A DNA stretch of 64,000 nucleotides. Origin: Flavitalea sp. Its GTDB lineage: Bacteria; Bacteroidota; Bacteroidia; Chitinophagales; Chitinophagaceae. The position numbers were made by a program, and so were the translations under genes. The stretch covers positions 4,760 through 68,759 of the forward strand of contig DAINQQ010000001.1 in the NCBI GenBank assembly GCA_036742645.1, given 5' to 3'. Positions 47,006 to 54,779 of the stretch are shown here, in pieces (positions within the stretch are counted from its first letter, which is position 1; each line of letters opens with the position of its first letter). The notes beneath the pieces were generated by a model that was given only the letters and a program-made list of their open reading frames with translations, was not told the DNA's origin and did no database searches.

Positions 47006-47822
47006 CCGGATTCTTCAAAGTACATCCGCAGGAATTGACAAAATTCATGGATCGTTACGATTCAAATTTGCTTTGTTAATAGTACTTTTTGATTTTTTGT
47101 AAAATCGCCTGTGCTGTGCACGGACGTCTACCTTGCGTGTCATCCGTAGCGATGTTATGTCTCACAATGAAAGAAAGTTTTCTAAATCAAAGCCACCTCC
47201 CCGGCTGCCTAGCCGGATTGGCACTAATCATCGCAAATTCAGAATCAACAAGGCCGTCTGAGGTGGAGAATATGCTAAGAATCGAGGCATGCAACTAAGC
47301 GGAGCACACTTCCGGGGATGAGAAAAAAACACAATCGGTCTTTGTTACAAGTTTTCCGTCTCAGCAGGCCTGCACCTAAATCCCCCTAACGCTTGCGCTA
47401 AAGCTTCAGCGTCGACGCAAAGGGGACTTTGAGTGCAGCGTTGGGGCCTGGAAGCAATTATCGCTGTGAATAATATCAAAAGGCCAATTAATTATTCCCA
47501 CCAACAGACTTCAAGCTTTGTTTAAACATTATGCATAGGTTCCCATATGGTATCCATATTGATGACCTATTGTTACTATACTGTTGCCTTATTGATGGGT
47601 TAGTGTTTGGATCCTTTTTATTGATCCTTTTTATCACCCCCAAAACCCTGAATCACGCATAAAGCGCATGTTTCGTTTCGAAACCAGTATCTGCGAATAG
47701 TAACCTGTTATGTCGATGGACCATCATGATGAGGCTTTACCGGGATAAGCCACCGAAAACATTTCGAATTAATAACAACTAAGCAGTCGAACGATTTCTG
47801 TTCTGAGGTGGACACGAGAATG

Positions 47823-48872
47823 TCAAAACCAGCCTCTCTTTCTAAAGATAAAAAGCATCAGCAAGGGTATAAAGAGCATTAAGCCGACCGCGGTATAAAA
47901 CCCCCACTGGTTATGCATCGTCGGAATAACATCGAAGTTCATTCCAAAAATGCCACCAATGACAGTCGCGGGCGCCAGCAGGCAGGTCACAATTGCCATC
48001 ACCTTCATCACCTCATTCGTTTTTCTATTGAGGGTACTCAGGTACAGATCCTGGAGGTTCATCATCATATCACGGTAGTTTTCGCTGAGGTCATTAGCCT
48101 GTACTATATGATCATAAATGTCTTTGAAGTATTTTGTAGTTCTATCATCCAGGAAATCACTTTCACTGCGAATGAAGCCATTGATCAAATCACGCACGAG
48201 AGCCATGTTTCTCTTCAAAACAATGAGTTCTTTTCTCAGCTGGTTAATGCGCGCAAGGCTCCTGTTGTTACTGTAACGAATCACTTCGTCTTCTAAACTT
48301 TCAATCCGGTCTCCCAACTTTTCCATGACAACAAAATAATGGTCAACGATCATATCCAGCATTGAATAGCAGAGGTAGTCAGGTCCTCTTTGACGAATCT
48401 TGCTGTTGTTTAGTTTCAATTTATCACGGAGAGGATTGAACACGTCACGCTGAGCATCTTCCTGGAAGGAAATCACGAAATTTTTGCCCAGCACAATACT
48501 GATCTGTTCCTGCTCAACAGTATTATTGGAAGCATTAAAGTAGAGCATATTTAGCAGGCCGTAGAGGATCTGCTCAATTTCATCCATCTTTGGTCGTTGG
48601 CCTACACTAAGTATATCTTCAATAATGAGATGGTGAATATCGAATTTGTTACAGATCGTTTCAATATCCGCCTTTCGAAGGCCGTCGATATTTATCCAAT
48701 GGATGAAACCATCCTTTTGTGCAAAATGGAGGCAGTCTGCAATATCTTTAAAACGGTGTTCTGTTACTTCGGTTACAGAATATTCAAAAACTGTGATGTC
48801 TACTTCAGCAGCTTCTTTCCGTTCACAGGCAATACAGGGTTTACGCTCAGAATTTCCCTGGTGCGCCTGGTG
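47823..48872 (-). CDS. corA: Magnesium/cobalt transporter CorA; the N-terminal part is open but lacks any canonical start (possible frameshift or pseudogene)
   Basis: The C-terminal GMN motif (FGMNF) and two TM segments are present. The CorA-like frame continues 95 codons upstream of the first ATG (48587) to a TAA at 48873-48875, with no ATG, GTG or TTG. Confidence 0.8.
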   Translation of the reverse strand, partial: HQAHQGNSERKPCIACERKEAAEVDITVFEYSVTEVTEHRFKDIADCLHFAQKDGFIHWINIDGLRKADIETICNKFDIHHLIIEDILSVGQRPKMDEIEQILYGLLNMLYFNASNNTVEQEQISIVLGKNFVISFQEDAQRDVFNPLRDKLKLNNSKIRQRGPDYLCYSMLDMIVDHYFVVMEKLGDRIESLEDEVIRYSNNRSLARINQLRKELIVLKRNMALVRDLINGFIRSESDFLDDRTTKYFKDIYDHIVQANDLSENYRDMMMNLQDLYLSTLNRKTNEVMKVMAIVTCLLAPATVIGGIFGMNFDVIPTMHNQWGFYTAVGLMLFIPLLMLFIFRKRGWF

Positions 48873-49053
48873 TTAAACACCGGTAGTAAAATATTAAGAT
48901 ATTTCTGTGGCCGCATATTAAATCGTGCACGTGTTCAGGAAAGTTAGTAAAAGAATATTAAAGGTTGCAATGATGTGATGTATCGCGGTTACAAGAGATA
49001 AAATTTGAATGAATCCTTAAGTTTGACCAACGGTTTATTTAGTAATTTGATCG

Positions 49054-50175
49054 ATGTTATCTTTCCTTTTTAAAAAGTCCCGAATGCTTAAATTTCTTTT
49101 AGCCTGCTTTTGCAGCTTGTTGCTTTCGCTCGCCTGTGCGCAAAATGGTTCAAAAATGGATTTCGAAGCGTATGAACCTGTTTCCACTCTCGTAGTGCCG
49201 GAACATAAAACGGTTAAAGCCAGGTTTCCTTTCATTGATGTGCATAACCACCAGTGGAATATGCCTACACAGGATCTCGGCCCCCTAATAAAAGACATGG
49301 AACAACTGAATATGGCTGTTATGGTTAATCTCAGTGGCCAGGGAGGTGATAAGATCAAGCAGTCCGTTAAGAATATCAAAGACCATTATCCCAAACGGTT
49401 TATTGTTTTTACGAATATAGACTTCAAAGGAGTTGGCGAAGCCGGCTGGGTTGAAAAAGCAGTAAGGCAATTAGAGGACGATGTCCAAAGCGGAGCAAAC
49501 GGATTGAAAATTTTTAAAAATCTCGGGTTTTCTGTGAAAGACAATTCTGGCAAGAGGGTAACAGTAGACGATGCGCGATTAGATCCTATTTGGCAAAAAT
49601 GCGGGGAATTAAAAATACCTGTCTTAATCCACACGGCTGATCCAAAGTCATTTTGGGATCCGATGGACGATAAAAATGAACGTTGGCTTGAACTGGCAAC
49701 ACATCCAAACCGGAAGCGGGGAGCTGAGAACCCAGTTCCTTTCGAACAGTTGTTAGAGGAACAGCACCGAATGTTTAAGAAGCATCCAAAAACCACCTTT
49801 ATTGCCGCCCATTTTGGTTGGTATCCGAATGATCTTAACAGGCTCAGTGAATTACTGATCGAAATGCCAAATGTATGCGTTGAGTTCGGAGCAGTAATTG
49901 CGGAACTTGGGCGGCAGCCAAAAGCTGCAAAGGCATTTTTTGAAAAATTTCAGGATAGGATTTTATTTGGAAAAGATAGCTGGGTACCCGCAGAATATGC
50001 TACTTACTTTAGAGTCCTTGAAACAGAAGACGAGTATTTTCCATATCACAAAAAATATCACGCCTTCTGGCGTATGTACGGACTGGGATTGAGTGACACG
50101 ATCCTGAAAAAAGTGTACTATAAGAATGCTATACGAATAATACCGAATATTGATAAGTCGCAGTTTCCGGATTAA
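49054..50175 (+). CDS. Amidohydrolase family protein (secreted)
   Basis: 373-aa ORF with a signal peptide and a metal-binding start (FIDVHNH), then IPVLIHTAD and AAHFG, consistent with an amidohydrolase_2-type TIM barrel. Confidence 0.8.
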   Translation: MLSFLFKKSRMLKFLLACFCSLLLSLACAQNGSKMDFEAYEPVSTLVVPEHKTVKARFPFIDVHNHQWNMPTQDLGPLIKDMEQLNMAVMVNLSGQGGDKIKQSVKNIKDHYPKRFIVFTNIDFKGVGEAGWVEKAVRQLEDDVQSGANGLKIFKNLGFSVKDNSGKRVTVDDARLDPIWQKCGELKIPVLIHTADPKSFWDPMDDKNERWLELATHPNRKRGAENPVPFEQLLEEQHRMFKKHPKTTFIAAHFGWYPNDLNRLSELLIEMPNVCVEFGAVIAELGRQPKAAKAFFEKFQDRILFGKDSWVPAEYATYFRVLETEDEYFPYHKKYHAFWRMYGLGLSDTILKKVYYKNAIRIIPNIDKSQFPD

Positions 50176-50289
50176 AGGTTGGAATTGAAAAGTTCACAAT
50201 CCAGAACTTAGAGTGGGTAGCCCTTATCTATTACGCGACTCTTGCGTTCCCGGTTTAGGTTCTATTGGCTCGGATCCAAAGTGCGGGCA

Positions 50290-50694
50290 CTATCGCCATG
50301 CGCCAATGATAGCGCCCATCAGGCCAAGCGCAACAAGCATATATCCGCCATTGATGAAGATATAACGTGCGGATTTGTGTTCAAACAAACCCACGATAGC
50401 TATTCCGCAAAAGATCCAAACGCCGGTGAGCAAACCGTATACAATAGCCATTGCCAGGTCAATTTTCGGATCGGCCAGGAACATCGCCAGGTTGGCAGCC
50501 ATTAACAGAGATAGAATAAAAGACCAACCGAATATTTTCGCCTTGTTTCCTTTTTGAACATCTTCTACTGTCATATCATTTTCTCTCATCCAGCTTTTGC
50601 CGAACAACGCGGGTGAATACCAAACGCCACCTAAAATAAATGCGGAGAGACCTGCCACCAGAACGGCAAACCAATTGATTGAATTCATGTCCAT
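50290..50694 (-). CDS. DUF1761 family membrane protein
   Basis: 134-aa ORF with four TM segments and an N-terminal pattern (NW.AVLVA....F..G..WY.P.LFGK.W) typical of DUF1761. Confidence 0.7.
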   Translation of the reverse strand: MDMNSINWFAVLVAGLSAFILGGVWYSPALFGKSWMRENDMTVEDVQKGNKAKIFGWSFILSLLMAANLAMFLADPKIDLAMAIVYGLLTGVWIFCGIAIVGLFEHKSARYIFINGGYMLVALGLMGAIIGAWR

Positions 50695-50781
50695 AAATAA
50701 AAATGTTTAGGGATGAAAAAAGGATCGTTCAATACGAATCTATTTTTATAATTTTTACCGCACAAAAAGGAGACACCAGGG

Positions 50782-51861
50782 TTGGAAGATTTACCGACCA
50801 ATATTGGAATAGGGACGACGAAGCCGTCGGTGAACGACGAAAAGCTGAATGATATCGGCTTTCGTGTTATCTTAATTCCCTTTTTCGGAATCGCAATCCC
50901 CCTGATAACGGGAATGATCGATTACAGTTCATTCACACTTTGGAAAACGAAATTCGGATTTCTGTATACGATAGGAATAGCGTTTGTTATCTGGCACGGA
51001 AACCGTTATTTGTTATTTACGCTAAGAAGCTACTTCGATTGGTTCAATAAGCCGATCCGTAAAATCATTGCTTTACTGCTTGCAGTTTCTTTTTATACGA
51101 TCCCGGTAAGTGCATTGCTCTTGACGGGATGGTATCACGTTTTTGCAAAGGGGAACGTACAATGGGATACTGTCTTTACGGCTACGCTGATCATTATGAT
51201 TTGTGTTGTTTTCATTACACATGTTTATGAAACCGTATTTCTTGTGAGAGATTCAGAAAGCGAGATGTTAAGGAATGCCCAACTCGAAAGAGCAAAGGTG
51301 CAGGCAGAACTCGAGGCGCTAAAGAATCAGATAGACCCGCATTTTATTTTCAACTCGCTAAACACCCTTTCTCATCTTATTGAAGAACGGCCCTCGAAAG
51401 CGAAGCAGTTCAATGATAACCTCGCGGATGTTTATCGTTATATTCTGCAAAACAAATCCAGGGACCTTGTTTTTTTACAGGAAGAAATTACATTTATAAA
51501 AGATTATTTTTCTCTTCTGAAAATACGTTTTGAAAACGCGGTACAACTAAATATTAATATCGCTGAAGATCTTTATGAAAAATTTCTTATTCCGCCAATA
51601 TCGTTGCAGGTTCTGATAGAAAATGCTATCAAGCATAATGAGTTTTCCGATGCATCGCCCCTGATGGTTACAATTACACTGGCCGGGGACGAACTAATCG
51701 TTCGCAACAAAATAAATAAAAAAATTCTCAGGAAGGCATCATCGAGGATAGGACTTGAAAATTTGAACGAGCGGTATAAGCTTACCGCAGAGAAGTCGAT
51801 TATCGTACATGAACAGCCGGAACAATTTCTGGTGCGGTTGCCGGTGCTGCGAATTGAATAG
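50782..51861 (+). CDS. Sensor histidine kinase, LytS/YehU-type (His_kinase + HATPase)
   Basis: Membrane N-terminal half followed by the motif QIDPHFIFNSLNTLS. TTG start. Confidence 0.87.
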   Translation: MEDLPTNIGIGTTKPSVNDEKLNDIGFRVILIPFFGIAIPLITGMIDYSSFTLWKTKFGFLYTIGIAFVIWHGNRYLLFTLRSYFDWFNKPIRKIIALLLAVSFYTIPVSALLLTGWYHVFAKGNVQWDTVFTATLIIMICVVFITHVYETVFLVRDSESEMLRNAQLERAKVQAELEALKNQIDPHFIFNSLNTLSHLIEERPSKAKQFNDNLADVYRYILQNKSRDLVFLQEEITFIKDYFSLLKIRFENAVQLNINIAEDLYEKFLIPPISLQVLIENAIKHNEFSDASPLMVTITLAGDELIVRNKINKKILRKASSRIGLENLNERYKLTAEKSIIVHEQPEQFLVRLPVLRIE

Positions 51862-51905
51862 AGCGTGGAGTGATGGGAGGATTAGTTGATTAGCCATTCT
51901 TAAAT

Positions 51906-51923
51906 AATTTGAAGATTTGAAAA
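51906..51923. repeat. Third copy of the 18-mer AATTTGAAGATTTGAAAA
   Basis: Identical to 1306-1323 and to the reverse complement of 21903-21920. It lies in the 164-bp spacer between the kinase and response-regulator genes. Confidence 0.8.
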
Positions 51924-52025
51924 TGAAGAACGTGCCGATGTGCTAATCTGTTGGCTAAGTGACTAACGAGCCAGCGGCCTCTGAAATTATTCCCATTTGG
52001 TGTACCGAGACATTTTCAAATTAAA

Positions 52026-52784
52026 ATGAACAGCATGAAAGTTGTTATTATAGAAGATGAGAAGCCAGCAGTAGATAAGCTTCGAAATGCGCTTGGGAAA
52101 TGTAATAGCTCCATCCAGGTAATAGTTGTTCTAAAAAGCATCAGCGAGACACTAGCTTGGATTCGAGAAAATGAAATGCCCGATCTGTTTTTTATGGATA
52201 TAGAACTTGCTGATGGGTTGTCATTTAAAATATTTGATGAAGTTAATATTACATGTCCCATCATTTTTACCACCGCATATGATGACTATTGGCAGGAAGC
52301 ATTCGAACACAACAGCATTGATTATTTATTAAAGCCAATCAGGCAGGAAAAGCTTGAGACAGCGATTGCTAAGTATGAATCACTTAAAAGGCATTTTGCA
52401 CAGAACCTGCAGCAGTTGTTATCACAAAAATCTTCGGCCAACGGAATAAAGAAGCGATTCCTGGTTAAGAGAGGCGTCGATTACGTCAGTATCAAGACTG
52501 AGGAGATAGCATATTTCTATGCCACGCATAAGGTGGTATGCCTGGTTGACGTCAAAGGAAATAAATTTATACTCGATCAGTCTTTGTCGGATCTGGAGAG
52601 ACAAATTGATTCTGCCGTCTTTTATCGCGTGAATAGAAAGTACCTCATTCATATCAACTCGATCAAGAAAATGAAAGCCTACCCGAAAAGCAAAATTCAA
52701 ATTGTAATAGAACCGCCTGTGGCAGAAGAGATCATTATAAGCCAGGAAAGCGCTGCATCATTTAAAGAGTGGATGGCCCAATAA
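52026..52784 (+). CDS. LytR/AlgR (LytTR) family response regulator
   Basis: A receiver domain (VVIIEDE...DLFFMDIEL) plus a C-terminal LytTR DNA-binding domain (FYRVNRKYLIHI). Confidence 0.92.
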   Translation: MNSMKVVIIEDEKPAVDKLRNALGKCNSSIQVIVVLKSISETLAWIRENEMPDLFFMDIELADGLSFKIFDEVNITCPIIFTTAYDDYWQEAFEHNSIDYLLKPIRQEKLETAIAKYESLKRHFAQNLQQLLSQKSSANGIKKRFLVKRGVDYVSIKTEEIAYFYATHKVVCLVDVKGNKFILDQSLSDLERQIDSAVFYRVNRKYLIHINSIKKMKAYPKSKIQIVIEPPVAEEIIISQESAASFKEWMAQ

Positions 52785-52836
52785 AAAACCCCGGTTAGAA
52801 AACCAGGGTCTATATAGCCATGAAAAACAAAAATCA

Positions 52837-53202
52837 TTATCCCTGCCGACGCCTTGGTCTTAATGCAGGTTCAATTTCATCCTTGAATTTTTTAAATTGA
52901 TCTTCTGTCAATACTTTTTTTAATTTTTCATCCCTTTCAGCGGATAATTTCTCCACCTGGGTTCTGTCAGGACGTTCGCCTTCCGGTAAATCCTCCCGCA
53001 ACTTGTCTATCGCCGTATAATAGTCTGTGAATACCACGGTTGTCTGGTCCTGACCAGTTTTGTCGAACTTGAATACAGTGGTGAGAGTATCCACAACGCG
53101 CTTTGTACGTTCTTCAACTGTGCGACGTTGAAAGCCCTGCGCATGGACCATCACGGATGCAACAAATACGAACAGGCAAACAAAAGCGATTTTTAACTTC
53201 AT
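52837..53202 (-). CDS. Small secreted protein with an LTxxQ motif (Spy/CpxP-like?)
   Basis: 121-aa ORF with a signal peptide, a helical charged sequence and LTEDQFKKF. Confidence 0.5.
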   Translation of the reverse strand: MKLKIAFVCLFVFVASVMVHAQGFQRRTVEERTKRVVDTLTTVFKFDKTGQDQTTVVFTDYYTAIDKLREDLPEGERPDRTQVEKLSAERDEKLKKVLTEDQFKKFKDEIEPALRPRRRQG

Positions 53203-53265
53203 AATTTTTTTCTGAGTGTCTAATTAGTATATGATGCGTTTGGTGTACAACACTTTCACCACGCC

Positions 53266-53787
53266 CTATCGATTAGTCTTTTTAAGACCCTCCTCTTTAG
53301 GACTTCCTTTACGGATATGGCCGGCCATCTTATAGGCGATTTTCGGAAGAAGGGAGTCAAACCCGACCTGTTGCTGTGGTGTACAGATATTTCTTACCTC
53401 GCGGATTGTTTCAAACACAGTTCTATCGAGTGTTCTTTGCTTCTCGCCAATCACATTGGCCATAGAATCAATATAAGAATCAGGCTGGGAATCTTTTACC
53501 ATTACGAAAAACTGATCCTTTGTTTTACGAAGATCTTCGAAAAGAGGAAAAAGCTTTGCATGATGGACCTCTTTAAGCTTATTGAATTGTTCTATTTGCT
53601 GATCTGTAAACCCAACTTTTGTTTGCAAAAAAGATTCTGTTGCATGTGGAGGAAGCCTCTGCTCTCCGTGATTTTCCCTGTCAGGCTTTTTCATGCCTAT
53701 AATAAAAAAAACCAGCATAGCAATGTTGGCCAGCAACAAAATGCCGATGATGCTTACGAGAACCTTATTCTTTAATACATTTCTCAT
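53266..53787 (-). CDS. Membrane-anchored Spy/CpxP-like (periplasmic stress/heavy-metal sensor-like) protein
   Basis: 173-aa ORF with an N-terminal TM segment and two LTxxQ-like motifs (FTDQQIEQF, CTPQQQVGF). It overlaps the upstream gene by 4 nt. Confidence 0.55.
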   Translation of the reverse strand: MRNVLKNKVLVSIIGILLLANIAMLVFFIIGMKKPDRENHGEQRLPPHATESFLQTKVGFTDQQIEQFNKLKEVHHAKLFPLFEDLRKTKDQFFVMVKDSQPDSYIDSMANVIGEKQRTLDRTVFETIREVRNICTPQQQVGFDSLLPKIAYKMAGHIRKGSPKEEGLKKTNR

Positions 53788-54125
53788 TGAGCGTCTGTAT
53801 TATTGGTTTCTTCATCATAAAAGGCAAAAACATCTGCATCAGATTCATCGGAAAGAAAACTGTTCTTTTGTTCCGTATATGAAGGCGAAGAACTTGATTC
53901 GGTTTGAAAGATAACAAATGTGTTCAGGGAGATAACCAAACAGATCACCGAAAAGGCAACGGCAGGTTGTGCAATGAATGCGCTGACCTTTTCCCACGCC
54001 GTCCTGTCCTTTCTTAACCTGGCCTGAACCCGCGTATAAAAGAAAGGGCCTGGACCCACACGAGCCACATGCTCGAGACTATTCAGAGTGGCTTCAATCT
54101 TTTTCTCTAATTCATGCTTCTTCAT
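53784..54125 (-). CDS. Putative anti-sigma factor (single-pass membrane protein)
   Basis: 113-aa ORF with one central TM segment. It lies directly downstream of the ECF sigma gene. Confidence 0.5.
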   Translation of the reverse strand: MKKHELEKKIEATLNSLEHVARVGPGPFFYTRVQARLRKDRTAWEKVSAFIAQPAVAFSVICLVISLNTFVIFQTESSSSPSYTEQKNSFLSDESDADVFAFYDEETNNTDAQ

Positions 54126-54151
54126 AACATGGTATTTGACGTTAACAGGGC

Positions 54152-54739
54152 TTAAAACTTGTTCTGATCATATTTTTCCCTATAATAAATTTCCAAAAGT
54201 TTTTTTAAATTGTTCTTTGCCCTATGCAACAGCGACTCTATCGAAGGCACGGTCGTATTCATAATTTCACTGACCTCCTGATAATTTAGTCCTTCCAGCT
54301 TGTTCAACGTGAATGCTATTTTCTGATTGTCAGGCAATTGCTCTATGGCCTTGAAAAGTTCCGTTGCTGTTTCCTTTTTATCCAGTACTACACCCGGGTG
54401 ATGAAAATCAGGAGGATCATGTGCGATTTCATCGTTGGCTCCAAAAAGGCTCTGAACAAATGCAAACCTTTTTTTTCTCTTCTTCCGCCGTAAATGATCC
54501 ATCGTTTTGGTAACGGTGATCTTATACAACCAGGTAGAAAACTTTGCCTCCCCTTTAAATGAATGTATTGATTCGTATACCTGTACAAACACTTCCTGCG
54601 CTATATCTTCTGCATCTTCCGGATTTTGAACAATACCTAACGCAGTGTTGTAAACCATATCCTGCCAGGTTTCTACAATGGTTTTGAAGGCTGCTTCATC
54701 TCCCTGCTTAAGCTGTTCAATTAATATCCATTCACTCAA
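54152..54739 (-). CDS. ECF-type RNA polymerase sigma-70 factor
   Basis: Region 2 (AEDIAQEVFV.VY......F.GEAKFSTWLY.I) and region 4 (LPDNQK.AF.L...EGL.Y.E..EI...TV..IES.L.RA). Confidence 0.92.
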   Translation of the reverse strand: MSEWILIEQLKQGDEAAFKTIVETWQDMVYNTALGIVQNPEDAEDIAQEVFVQVYESIHSFKGEAKFSTWLYKITVTKTMDHLRRKKRKKRFAFVQSLFGANDEIAHDPPDFHHPGVVLDKKETATELFKAIEQLPDNQKIAFTLNKLEGLNYQEVSEIMNTTVPSIESLLHRAKNNLKKLLEIYYREKYDQNKF

Positions 54740-54779
54740 AACGGTTTAGTTTATAACTCCGGTACTATATTACTGAAAA

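Noticed and set aside
47193-47266. The 74-nt module with a 7-bp closing stem considered as a degenerate tRNA or tRNA-like att site
   Set aside because: The D-loop would be only 4 nt, and no anticodon or T arm can be formed.
47257-47812. The 11-nt direct repeat TCTGAGGTGGA (47257-47267 and 47802-47812) considered as a target-site duplication of a 534-bp insertion
   Set aside because: There are no terminal inverted repeats at the inferred ends. The chance expectation for one 11-mer repeat in 800 bp is not negligible (about 0.1).
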